From the NCBI GenBank assembly GCA_038496445.1, contig JALMLS010000466.1, positions 372,001 to 436,000 on the forward strand: a stretch of DNA of 64,000 nt, in the 5' to 3' direction. Positions 1-12,589 of this stretch are shown one piece after another (the first letter of the stretch is position 1; each line of letters starts with the position of its first letter). The translations under genes were made by a program, and so were the position numbers. The notes under the pieces were generated by a model that had not been told where the DNA came from, ran no database searches, and saw only the letters and a list, made by a program, of their open reading frames with translations. This DNA is from Trichosphaerium sp. ATCC 40318 (lineage: Eukaryota > Protista > Tubulinea).

Positions 1-594
1 TCCCTTAATTCAATATCATACCCTTTTAGCTCTAAACTTAAATCTTTGCAACGTCTTTCGCACCAACGTAGTTTCTACGCCGAATTAGCGCGTTAAAACG
101 GCTTTTTACATACTTGTTTACGTTTCGTTGGATCTGACGTTTCAGGCAACTTCTTCTCTAATTGATACCGTATCTTGGTAACTATGTCCTCTATCCTACT
201 AGCACAATCATCTATATCCTCAGTCATTGCGCTTATGTTTTGAATTTTTGCCACTTTTCAGTTGTTAAAACAGGCAGTTGAGAAAACGTTTCGTTTCGAC
301 CTTCTTTTTACGTAAACTTCGTATTTCCATGCTTTTCATATAAAATAACGAGTCGCTACATAGTTTTGAGGACTATTCCGTCCAATAGTTCATTGGTAAT
401 CCCAAAAACCCACAAAGAAATTCCACTCCGCCTTATAGTCGCCATTTTAAGAAAGAGACGCTCAAACGGGGCTCCAGGCAATGTATTACCTTTATAAAGC
501 AATGCCTTATTCTTGAACAGCAGTTCACATTGAATAAACAACGCTTAAGCCATGTACAATTAGATTTGTGTTCAAACATTATCTGGTAAGAATC

Positions 595-1412
595 ATGTTA
601 CGCTTCACTGCTTTAATTGTCCTCGTTGCTGTCGCTATTGTATGCGCTCAAGATCCTCCAAAGCCTAACCCTGCTGAAACATTCAGAGGTACAAAAACGC
701 CTTTTCGAAAGATTTTTCCATTGCTTCTCAATAACATTAAATTAATAGGAGCAAGCGTTTCTGAGATAACCTACAACGGAAAGACAGTCGTTGGTGGTAC
801 TAGTTTCGCAAAAGATGAAAAGAAAGGCATGGAAGTATCTCGCGGACGCTACGATGATAGGAACTTTGATTATGACATTCTCTTCCGCTACGACCAAGTA
901 CGTTGGGGTTTTGTTGAGATAAATTAGCTCGTTTACGCCTTTGATGGTACTAACTCTGTACATAGGGCTCTGAATACCTTGTAACTGATGTAAACAGAAC
1001 AATTTCATGTAAGAAGAGCGCTATCACTGGAACTATTCCAGCCACGTGGGCTTGGCTCGCACAAGCAAAGTTCGTTGGAAAACGTCACTTCCGTGGTGAA
1101 ACTGTTGATTTCTGGGGTGCCACCGTACGCCTTTCTTTATTGTTTCCCTTCTTTGTAATGGAACCTACGCTAACTAAGTGGTAGATTGGAACAACCAAAC
1201 ACGGCCTTGGTGTCTTTGAAAATGACCCAACACGTCCACGCATTATCGCTGAAGAGACTCCACAATTCAACGCTACCTCTCTTGTACGTTTTTTTTAATC
1301 CTGCAGCTCACGTTTTTCTTCATTCTCATATTATTTATAGATTATTGAATGGGAAACTACCTCACCTCCTCCAGCAGAATACTTTGACGTTCCAAAATCG
1401 TGCTCATCTTAG
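595..1412 (+). CDS. Secreted ependymin-related (EPDR-like) protein, multi-exon
   Basis: Signal peptide MLRFTALIVLVAVAIVCA then QDPPKP; spliced exons give ...CKKSAITGTIPATWAWLAQAKFVGKRHFRGETVDFWG... and a C-terminal YFDVPKSCSS*, matching the F-x-x-P-x-x-C end of ependymin-like proteins. Short GT-AG introns. Confidence 0.6.
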
Positions 1413-1734
1413 TTAAATAAAGAGAATTTTGACCTTAAACAAAACGTTTGAGAGGCTTTACATTACAAAGGGTTTTGTGATGTTCACGTGAACCTTTGTC
1501 GAAAAATCAAAATGATTTTCTTTGCATCCTTTTCCAGCAGCGCTTAGTTTCACTGTACTTTCCTGTGCAACTTTATCCCTCTACCTGACCCTAGTTTGTA
1601 AACATTAACAAATCAATTACCGCCTTGCTTCTTGTCACGTGTTAATCACGTGATAAATAACGAGAGAAAAAAAACTGAACAAGATGGTATATTAATATTG
1701 TTACTTTACTATTTTGGACGTTACTCAACTTGCT

Positions 1735-4700
1735 TTAGAACGACAAGTATCGACAATTAGTTAGGGTCACAGTTATATCATCATAAACATCTGGCCAATG
1801 ACATATAACAACATCAACTGTTGATGCACCTCCTGGGAAGACTCTACCCTATAAAAAAAGTTATTCAAACAATCCTGAAAGTGTTCCTAAAAAACCGTAC
1901 TGAATAAGTAAGTTTATTGTCATTCATTGGTGTAAGGTCTCCATTTGTAAAGCAGTTGTTTGGTGTACCACCATTACTTGTTGTTATGGTTGCTGTGTAT
2001 TCAATCTTATCAGAAACAGGGAATGTTGCCATAAAGTGTGTTACTACGTTGTTTGGATTATCTAAACAAATACAAAATTAGTCATAACAAAAACAAAGCC
2101 AAGGCAACAAGAAAACTACTTACTTGAGTATCTGGCGGTATCAAAAACAGCCGGAGGACAATTTACACCTGGTGCAGAGGTGACAGGTGGAGGTGCAGTA
2201 GGAACAACAGCGGTGGGAATAACAGTAGTTGGAGCTTGAGTAACGAATGGAGCAAATGTGGTTGGTGGAGGTATTGGTGTGTTATCAGGTACTTCTGGTT
2301 GCTCTCCACCTGTGAATACGGAAACCCCGCATTCTTTACACTTCTCAACAAAGTTCCATGCGAATACTTTTGATTGATCAGCAAACGCAAGTGCATCAGA
2401 GCAGCTGATACATTTATCTCGATAAATTGAAGGAATAGTGACTTGTGTTGCTGTTGGTTGTTGTCCTGTTGTTCTTGTACTCTTCTTAATCAAGCAAGTT
2501 GATAAGAATACTGGATCTCTTGGGTCCTTTGATGTGACAATCTTACTCAATGTTGTTGTTGGTTCACGTGCTTGTACAGCGTAACATAGAAGGCCTTGAT
2601 CATCGTCTGTATGTTGTGTCTTCAGTGCAGAACATTCGCTAGGATAGTATCCGTCTATGGTGTAAATACTTTCTAGCTTTGTTGGTACTATAACAATACC
2701 GTCGCAAGTTCCATCTGGAGCGTTATTACAGTCATCCAAGCAAGGAGTTGGATCGTTGGCAGTAATAAGTTTACATTCTCCATGGACTTTCTGGTAATCT
2801 GGAGCAAAGCAATGATCAACTCGCCTTAACACAAACATTAGCTTGAACAGAACATGCTATTTAAGCTAAGTAAGGAATAGAGACGTACTTGAAGGCAGGC
2901 TCTGGTACAGGATCTCCAGGAAGTGGTACACTACCATATGGACTTGGTACAAAGTCCTGGACCAAAAGAACATCGATGCAATCGAAGTAACCCTTCCAAA
3001 AGTATTGAACAACATATGACCCTGTTGCTGCACCTTCAGGTATTTTAAAGTTTGCGAAATCAATATCTTGTGCTCTATCTAATCCAAGAGCAAGCTTGAA
3101 TCTATAAACACCAAGAATCCATGGACGCTCAGTATCAGTGTATGCCATGTGTATTGCTCCAGCAATCTTAGTGTCGTTGTATTCGAATAATCTGTTGTTT
3201 TTGAAGTGCTTTGTGTATCGTTTTGTTCCATAGAAAGGCTCTCCTGGTCTTTCAATCCAATCTGGGTCAGTTGGCATTATTTCTCTCTAAACAAACGAAT
3301 GGTGAGAACCTGACTGTGTCTCGATCATGCAAAGAAAAAAGTTGCGATTTCGTACCTTGTATACGAGATCAGGATGATCGTCATTTTGTACGTTGATTTG
3401 TTCTCCACCGTTTATTTGTCTGTGATATTGTTTTACTCCAGTTATAGCTGCGCTAGCAGGACCATTCTCAAGATATTTATCGAGAATATCGGCTGAGAGC
3501 TCTCCGAGTTTGGATTCATCAGCTGCTTTCACAATTGTAAAATACGCATATGGTGTTTCACCACGCGCATCACTCCATTTGTTACCAGGGTGACCTTGAG
3601 TCCACTCAATTTCGAAACTCTGGCCAATACCGACTTGAACATGAGCAACGTCTTCTGTTTTAGGAGGACAATATGCGACTTGACTTCCTTCGTTTGTAGC
3701 ACGTGCCAAGGAGTTAACCCAGTTATGACCCATTGCGCCTGTGAAGAAAGAAGACAAGCATAGAATGCCTACTAAGAACACTATATGTTGTGATTTACTC
3801 TTTCCACCGAAAGAAAGTAGAAGAGCAAGAGACAATAATGAAGCGATAATGTTAACACTAAGATAAAGTAAGTTCGATACAAAAAAGCGGAAAGAAAAAA
3901 AAAAAGTTTGTGTCTTGACTATTTACCTTCCTGTCTTCTTCATTGCCGGGCTTGTATTCGTTGATCCTGGGGTGTCGTTTGTAGTTGATGATGGTGCTGG
4001 GGTTTCTTGTGTATTTACAGGGACTCCACTAGAGCATGGACAAAATCTTGTTATGTCGTTGTCTGTCTGCGAACATGTTGCTGGAGTATTACAAGTATCG
4101 TCTTGGTAGAAGCAGTGACTTCCTTTTTTAAAAATACCGAGTTGTGTGCAATCAGCGATGAAAGGAGAGTTACATAGTAAGTTATTATCGCTAACACCGG
4201 CACCAAGTGAATCTGCATCGTTAACACTTGTCAAAGCTGTCTCATCGCATCCTTGTCTGATGGCAGCACAAGCTACATTGCAAGATTGCCCTGGTTCTGA
4301 CTCAAGCCATGTCTTTTTTGGTAGCTCTTCGGTGGACTCTGTGAGTTCAATATCACCGGCAAGGTTAGGCCAGAAAAATGCGCCTACGTTTGCATCTCCT
4401 TCTTTGATAAGAATACGGAATGTAATCTTTCCAGTTCCTTCTTTTGGAGGCACGTATTTGAAAGTATATTCAAGTGGCTTGAAATCAGCGCTGGAATGAG
4501 TGATAACATTACCACATGCATGTTCACTAGGATCAAATCCGAAAGGAGCATGGAATAGTTCTAAGCATGCAGTCAAAGAAAGCCAAAGCGAAAGAACCAT
4601 CATAATCGAAAAGAAACTTTTTCGTATGAAAAATCTGTACGAGTTTTTCGGAAAACCAGTTTATCTCGTCAAATTCCCAAGCTAAAGCAAGTACGCACGT

Positions 4701-5450
4701 GGACTCTCAGGTAAAACAACAAACCTTCCTACTCTTGTATTTGACTCATCAACAGCGTACAATAGTAAACCACGGTACTAGTTGCATAGAATTAGTCGAA
4801 AATCATTTTTGATAGAAGCAAAAAAAATTGTGTATGGTTCAAACCGTAAAAACTTCGCGTCTTGTTACCTTTAATTTATAATCAATTACTTTGACTGTGA
4901 AGTCGAGGATTTTACCAGGTTGATAAGAAGTCATTGGATTTAGTTCTTCCCCAGCAAAGGTAATGATATCATCTGTACGTATTGTACGTGAAGCCCAAGC
5001 CATTACAGCGCTTGTATCTGTGCATTTCTTTCTTTGAACTACGCCATCTACTACAGGCCACTAGTACGGTGGTTTAGCAAGTACTCGTCTTGATTTAGAG
5101 ATGGTGTGCTTAAGAAAGAAAGAGTTCGCTCCAAAAGCGTACGTCGCTCGGTATACAGCCAAACTTTGTAAAGGTGGCGTCACAGATACCAATCACCCCG
5201 TTTGAAGCAGTTTTAGCTTCCTCTATGAGGTAAAAACACATAACTGCAAAGGCTATAGCCTGTAGATTAAATAACGTAAGCAAAGGCTCGTATACAGCTA
5301 ATAAGAGAAAACTCCGAGTTTTACGAAGGTCGTTTTTGATGATTTTCGAGATTTTTTTTTTCGTTTTATTGTTTGCTTTAAGAAGCTGCAAGCAAGTGAA
5401 AACTTTTAATGTTTACCCTAATGTACCTTTACAATATGTATTCGAGTCAT
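1735..5450 (-). CDS. Large secretory polyprotein-like gene: Reeler domain + Cys-rich module + TM/GPI-like segment + internal signal peptide + LPMO-like His-brace domain + Cys-rich/PT linker
   Basis: Exons splice in phase. Reeler motifs: YRGLLLYAVD..VGRF, C.NVITHSS, FKYVPPKEGTGKITFRILI. Junction GGA AG|gt..ag|T GTT AAC is phase-matched, giving VNIIASLLSLALLLSFGGKSKSQHIVFLVGILCLSSFFTGAMG-HNWVNSLAR, then EWTQGHPG and YVVQYFWKGYFDCIDV. Start at 5450 is tentative. Confidence 0.75.
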
Positions 5451-7064
5451 GACGTGTTGTTTAGCGCGTTAATTTTCCGACAGTTGCGGGATTTTGATAT
5501 TTCTTGACTGGTCTTTAAAAAAAAAATCCACCACAGTAGTAGGGATTTTATCGTATTCTGAAAATAAACTACAAATCCGATGGGTCAGAATACACCTATC
5601 GTTTACGTACTGTCACATATGTTTTAAAGATGCTATGTAGTAAAAACTGAAATGTGTTGCAGTTTTCCGCAAAGGTCGGCCAGACAACTATTCCTTTAAC
5701 TATAAAACAACCTTAATAAGGCCGCTAGTTTTTTTATGTGTAAAACGAAAGCACCTCGGGGATTACCCGAGTTTCACGCTGACATGTTTAGAAAAACAAC
5801 GTTAATTATTCACCAATGAAGAGTAGACTTTCTGGGTTCAAAACGTGATACTAGGGTTTTGGTCTGGTGCTTAGAACACAAAAAACTAAAAAAAAAAACC
5901 GTCATTTGGTACTGAACTAATTACATCATGTTTGTACTGACTGTTATATTATTAGTTACGTAGGTTGTTCTGCGTGGGCACATCAACAACAGGAAGTTCT
6001 TTTTTATTTGGCTAACACAACCGAAGAAGAAAATAAAAACTCGAGTTCCTACACCACGTGGCGTAAACAAGTGTTAAAGGCTGGCAACTTGTTTTCTAAA
6101 TATACTTCGTCAAAAGTGTTGTGAATTTACTTTTCATTTGGGTACCTTCACGTTGCTATCCAAAAACCTCCGAACGCTCCCACCTACACTATAGTTACAC
6201 TAAACATCCTAGTACCCATGATCGTCAAAGGCACGAAAGATTGTAAAGTACAGAAAATAAAACGAAGTTAGCTCAGCTCAGATTCTACAAGGGCTCAATT
6301 GTGTTGTAGTTACTCAACCAAGTAAAAAATTTCTCCTTGGTGTACGTATACAAATTGGGTAAAGAAACTGTCAGGATGCATTGCTTACTGAACGAATCTA
6401 ACGAGAGGTAAACGAAGCTTGTGGTTTTGCATTAACTCAAATTATTGCTAGTAGGTTTATCTTTTGGGTACCTACCATCGTGGTGCGTTACAATAGTCAA
6501 GGTCATTGCGACGTTAAATTCTTACGTTTGAAGTACTCAGTGAGGTTGTTGTCCACAAAACAAATGGCTATTGTAAACCAAAGGTACAGCAAAACCCATT
6601 TGTCTACTTTTGTAACCACGTGATCCGAATTGCTTCAGTTGTCGTACTATCTATTTTATGTGAAGAGCAATAAATGTTTGAAATGTATTTTCCTCTGCTC
6701 ATTGGTAATATTATGGATTGCACCGAGGTTTGTTTAATACTCAATTTTTGTGTGGTGCGGTTTTGGATGTTTATAATTCTTCTAACATGTAACCACATAA
6801 TCGATAGTGCTTTTAGCATAGTTTGTATAAACATACACTTGCCATTGTCAAAGCAAGCACAACGTTGCTAAGCTATTTTGTGGGCTCACTTTGAGCACAC
6901 GAGAAACACCGTTTAGATTTAAATATTCACTTCAAGGCGGGTACTTTAAACAATATTAGGAGCTAGTTGCTTTATTCAATCAGTCTAGTAAACAAACTTA
7001 CAGCCATTGAATATAGGATGTTTATTAAACAAAGAACTTGTAACACTTGTGCCAATGCAACATA

Positions 7065-8415
7065 CTAGCACACAGAATTAGGTAAGACACCGCACATGCC
7101 AGTATAATGAGCACTGGTGATTGGCATAAAGAAATTAACTGGAATCGATGTAATGCACCATGAAAAGAACCATGAAACACAAGTCTATGGGTATTTAAGA
7201 ATGAGTGATATATACAAAAAAAAGGTGTACCCTTGTTCCTCCGCTGACTATAGCACGAATTTCTTTCCTTGGATTAAATACAGGTCCACCAGAGTTTCCC
7301 TAAACAACGTGTAAGTTAATTGAGGTTCTTTAACAAAAAAAAGTGAAGGCGTACATCGTTTAGTGAAGTATCTTCGCTGTAGTATAAATGGAGAGGAGAG
7401 CGTTTACTAATAGAACCAGAAGTGGCATACTGCTTGCCGCTGCCATCTGATGGATAGCCAAGAGATAATATTTTAGTACCAGGACCCCAAAACCCTGAAC
7501 CAAAACGCTTATAACCGTTCCCTTAACTTATATTTAGCCAACATGAGAATAAAAAGGTTGTGTTCGTACTAAAATTGTTGTCAACCTTAATGATACCCCA
7601 ATCATCCTCAATTGCTCCATCATTCGCCCAACTACTTGCCACCCACATTTGATCTACGAGCTCTCTCCCATAAGGTTCTCTGTTTCCGTCTCTTCCTGCC
7701 ACAACAAACGTTGAATCAGTCCCTACATGTACTAGTTACTAAAAAGAAAAATGTAAACAAAACGCACGCCATTCATGCCAATCTCCTCCATCTCCTTCAT
7801 GCAAACAATGGCCAGATGTCAGTACATACTTAGGGCCAATCACAGTACCAGAACAAATATGAGAAACAAATTGTATCTACAACAATTAGCTCATAGAACA
7901 AGAAAGGAAAACAATAAAGGACGTACGAAGACAACATTCTTATTAAAAAAATCAGCTGTCGTATCTGGTATTATTGATCTAGAACCAAGCAAATGTCTCT
8001 TAAAATTGTTCTCAGAAATCGCTGAGTCTTCATCTTGAACTGTTTCTCGCTTTTTACTCATTTTCCTTTCAAGTCGTTGTTTTTGCGCCTGAAAAGCAGC
8101 AGGATCAAAATCAACTTTGTATTCTTGACCATCCCGTGTGATACCCAGTAGACCATTTGGTTGACCTGTCTTAAGGCCTTGTCTCCGCTAAAGAAAAAAA
8201 AGACTTTTAAAACAAATCACGTGATACTTTTAAAAGTCACGTACGAGTTTTAGTGTTGGTGGCGAATACTTTTTAGCGAATTTAGCCTTACCGAGCATAC
8301 GTATGTTTGCATTGCGTAAGAGTCTGTTCTTTCGTAGATCTTTGATGACGTCTTGTCTGGATTCAGTAGATACTAGAACGGCAAATACAAGTAGAAGTAA
8401 GAGATGCTTTAACAT
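7065..8415 (-). CDS. Secreted trypsin-like (S1, glutamyl-endopeptidase/V8-like) serine protease, copy 1
   Basis: Signal peptide plus basic propeptide; catalytic triad motifs CSGTVIGPKYVLTSGHCL, EDDWGIIKV and GNSGGPVF across short introns. Confidence 0.85.
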
Positions 8416-8537
8416 GTGTAGGTACTTAACTTTTTTGGTTGTTTTGGATTTGTGATTTTATGCTTTGCTAACGTCATATCCCGCTTCATTTCGCTAACCA
8501 AAATCATGGCTACTATGACATGAATACGTGATACATA

Positions 8538-8652
8538 AGAGATGTTTAGATATCGGAGATATCTAGAAATTCTAGATTACCTAGATATGTGAATTATCTA
8601 AGCTTTGCGAATAATCTAGTTTATCTAGATATCTGAGATACTAAACACCTCT
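8538..8652. mobile_element. ~115-bp MITE with hAT-like termini upstream of protease copy 1
   Basis: Near-palindromic AGAGATGTTTAG...CTAAACACCTCT with internal TCTAGA repeats; absent from the homologous upstream region of copy 2 (~11090-11100); flanks ATACATA/ATACGTA are an imperfect TSD. Confidence 0.7.
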
Positions 8653-8799
8653 ATACGTATCTAAAATATCTTTTGTAATAGAAAACTAGCGCTAGGAAAA
8701 ACCACCAACCAATGGCACACATTGCTGTTATTAACAAAGTAAGTGTCTTTTCTACCTGAATTGCGGAAGTATTTTTCTGATCTTTTCTACTTAGAATTA

Positions 8800-9450
8800 T
8801 GGAATTTCTCCGCTCGAGAGAAGTAATATGTAATGTATTAGTGCCCTTCAAGAGATTAACAATAGTATCCACTAGGTGGGCAGTACAATGAAACATACTA
8901 TATTTGAATAGCGTTATTCCGGGTCAACTCCACTTACGAATACTCATCTCCGAAACAAAAAGAAAAAAGCGTGTTGCTTTGCTTGAAAGTTAGCAGTTGG
9001 TAAGTATGTGAGATAGTAGGTTTGAGCTTTTAATATGTTAACCGGTTGGCTGCAAAATCATTACAGCCCAATAGCCCAAAGGTCTTATAGATAGCACGCC
9101 ACACTTCTATAAAAGTGTTATTCGTACTAAAATCATTGGCACCGTAAGAATACCCAATCATCCTTACTTTCTCCGTGATATGTCCAACGTTTTGACACCA
9201 TTTTTTTAACTACCTCTCGCCATAAGGTTCTGTTTCTGTCTTTATGTACAAGTTACTTACAAGCAACAGGACCAAACGCCAGCCACGCCAATGCCTCGTT
9301 TTCTTCATGCAAGCAATGGCCAGCCGTCAAAACAAATCTATGAGCAACAACAAATCCAACTATATGGTGATTGTATCTAACCTGTTAGTTGACACATAAA
9401 AAGAGGTAAACTAAAAGACTTTCAAACACAACATTTCTGGAACGGTTGTT
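8800..9450 (-). pseudogene. Decayed third copy of the trypsin-like protease
   Basis: Minus strand 9120-9380 retains GFVVAHRFVLTAGHCLHE, a DDW-like segment and the intron donor TTTTA|GTACG, but frames are broken. Outer boundaries approximate. Confidence 0.6.
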
Positions 9451-9623
9451 TTCTGAGCTCACTTTTTGAACGCGAATAACACAATGGGTACAACGATATA
9501 CTTAAGTTCTTTAAACATTCCCCGTAGCTAAAACTGTATTCAAAGCAAAATAACTACAGCCATTGAATATAGGATGTTTATTAAACAACAAAGAACTTGT
9601 AACACTTGTGCCAGTGCAACATA

Positions 9624-10978
9624 CTAGCACACAGAATCAGGTAAGACACCGCACATGCTAGTATAATGAGCGCTGGTGATTGGCATAAAGAAATTAACTG
9701 GAATCGATTTAGTGCACCATGAAAAGAACCATTCAACACAAGTCTGTAGGTATAACTTAGTATTTCGCAAACAAAAAACCGTGTACTCTTGTTCCTCCGC
9801 TGACTATTGCACGAATTTCTTTCTTTGGATTAAATACAGGTCCTCCAGAGTTTCCCTAAACAACATGTAATTTAATTGAGGTTCTTTAACAAAAACAAAT
9901 GAAGGCGTACATCGTTTAGTGAAGTATCTTCGCTGTAGTATAAATGGAGAGGAGAACGTTTACTAATAGAACCAGAAGTGGCATACTGATTGCCGCTACC
10001 ATCTGATGGATAACCAAGAGATAATATTTTAGTACCAGGACCCCAACTCGCAGAACCAAAACCTTAATAACCGTTCTCTTAACTTGTAGTTAGCCAACAT
10101 GAGAATAAAAAGGTTGTGTTCGTACTAAAATTATTGTCAACCTTAATGATACCCCAATCATCCTCAATTGCTCCATCATTCGCCCAACCATTTGACACCC
10201 ACATTTGTGCTACGAGCTCTCGCCCATAAGGTTCTCTGTTTCCGTCTCTTCCAGCCACAACAAACGTTGAATCAGTCCCTACATGTACTAGTTACTAAAA
10301 AGAAAAATGTAAACAAAACGCACGCCATTCATGCCAATCTCCTCCATCTCCTTCATGCAAACAATGGCCAGATGTCAGTACATACTTAGGGCCAACGACA
10401 GTACCAGAGCAAATATGAGAAACAAATTGTATCTACAACAATTAGCTTAGAACCATAAAAAGCAAAGGAGAAAACAACAAAGGACGTACGAAGACAACAT
10501 TCTTATTAAAAAAATCAGCTGTCGTATCTGGTATTATTGATCTAGAACCAAGTAAATGTCTCTTAAAATTGTTCTCAGAAATCGCTGAGTCTTCATCTTG
10601 AACTGTTTCTCGCTTTTTACTCATTTTCCTTTCAAGTCGTTGTTTTTGCGTTTGAAAAGCCGTTGGATCAAAATCAACTTTGTATTCTTGACCATCCCGA
10701 GTGATACCCAGTAGACCCTTTGGTGGTTCTTTTTTACCGCCTTGCCTCCTCTAACGAAAAAAAAGACTTTTAAAACAAATCACGTGATACTTTTAAAGTT
10801 CGCGTACGAGTTTTAGTGTTGGTGGCGCATACTTTTTAGCAAATTTAGCCTTACCGAGCATACGTATGTTCGCATTGCGTAAGAGCCTGTTCTTTCGTAG
10901 ATCTTTGATGACGTCTTGTCTGGATTCAGTAGATACTAGAACGGCAAAGAGAAGTAAAAGTAAGAGATGCTTTAACAT
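9624..10978 (-). CDS. Secreted trypsin-like serine protease, copy 2 (tandem duplicate)
   Basis: Near-identical exon/intron structure to 7065-8415; TSGHC, DDWG and GNSGGP intact. Confidence 0.85.
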
Positions 10979-11209
10979 TGGTGAGTACTAGCTTTATTTG
11001 TTGTTTTGGGTTTGTGTATCATTTTGTTATCGTCATATCGTCTTTATTTCGCCTATGAAAAATCATGGCTACTATAACATGAATACGTGATACAGAACGT
11101 ATTTAAATATCTTTTGTAAATCGAAAACTAGCGCTAGAATAAAAAAAAACCCACAATGGCTAATACATTACTAAGCCCTCAAATATCTTGAAGGACAACT
11201 TTATTTCGC

Positions 11210-11405
11210 TGTGGAAAAATACTATTTCCACTATTCACGCAGGAAAATGTCACTTGAAGCCACATATTTCCACAATTCATACAGAAGAAGTGTCACTTAG
11301 CATTTTTTTATTTGCTAATCTCTTGAAGTTTTTAATTTTCGCCAGTGGAAAAATACTATTTCCACCCACTATTCATGTAGGAAGTCACTTGAAACCACGT
11401 ATTCT
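11210..11405. repeat. Three imperfect ~40-bp direct repeats (TATTTCCAC..ATTCA..AG.AA..GTCACTT)
   Basis: Copies near 11223, 11265 and 11357. Confidence 0.6.
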
Positions 11406-11699
11406 AGCTATGTATTGCCGCAGAAAGTTGAAGGTACCTATGCCAATCTGTTATGTGTCCCTTCGTGCACTTTGTTTGCGATTGATGATGAAGATTGTTT
11501 GGTTGGGGCGAAAGTGAATGGAGCAGTTCAGATCAAACAAACCATTCTGGACAGTATTAAGTTTGCCAATAAACGATATCATTACTTGGCAATATCTCAA
11601 TGTGATTGATTTCAGCTTAATCACAGGTGGCTCGTGATAATTATTATGGACAATCAAACCCAATGGATAAAAAGCCAATCAACAAGTCATCAATCATAA

Positions 11700-12300
11700 T
11701 ACACCATCTGAAGATATGTTCATGTCGAGAAAGGCCATTCAAGACATACCTCATAAATTTGGCCAAGCAGAACAAGACCATGTCAGATTCTCAAAAACGT
11801 ACACAATCTCTTTGCACTTGTTGTAGCCTTCAATTGGATTACGGTGTCAATCTTTAATAAACTTGAGACTCTTTGATGGTGTGAATACAAGCTTCATAAG
11901 CTCACCCGTGAAGTCTGTCAATTTAACACATACGATACCAAGACAGGAACAGGTAGAAACAACCGTTTAGCATAGAAGTTATTGTGCTAAATTCAGTCTC
12001 TTCTATACCGCAGCTCTTAAGTGAAAAATGTTTGGTGCCTCTAAAGCAGCGCCAAGCTTTGGCATACAGTAATATTTGAAAATCAAATTTAGTCCGTGCT
12101 TGGGTGGGTAGTAGATGTTTGCTACTCACCATGTAGTTAATAATCAGTGCTATTGTTAGTTGATTACTTTGACAAGACTCCTGTGCCCGTTTCAACAATG
12201 AAACCTGGATGCAGTTGTTCATCACATGACAACATCTTCCTTCATGTGCGCTTAGTGTTGACATAAATTACACATGCCGCCATTGTATGGAACTATATGG
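11700..12300 (-). pseudogene. Possible decayed hAT-type transposase fragment
   Basis: ORF 11923-12264 contains RCCHVMNNCIQVSL (resembles the hAT CxxH-x-LN-xx-VQ motif), then LPTQARTKF (TRW-like position) and EETEFSTITSML; no introns; flanking frames broken. Confidence 0.3.
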
Positions 12301-12589
12301 TCACAGGCCGGCGACTAAATACTTACAGCTATCCGAACGCCATAAGTTCTGGGAATATAGTTTTTTCCCAAAAAAATTCGAAAGTGTAGAAAGATGCATA
12401 GCTAGGACAGTCCACTAAACTAGAAAGCGCCTGGTTCACTTACGGTCGGGTCCTCGCTGTGCTCGGAACTAGAACCCGCCCTTCGCTCACATATAGTGAT
12501 CCATTGGTGGGTATAGGCATTTGGTTTTTGTATCGAATTCTATTTTTTCGAATTTTTTCTTTCGAAAAATTCGTAAAAAACGTGGGTCC

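Noticed and set aside
5500-6950. Possible gene or pseudogene in the long gap
   Set aside because: No consistent spliced frame or recognisable motif found.
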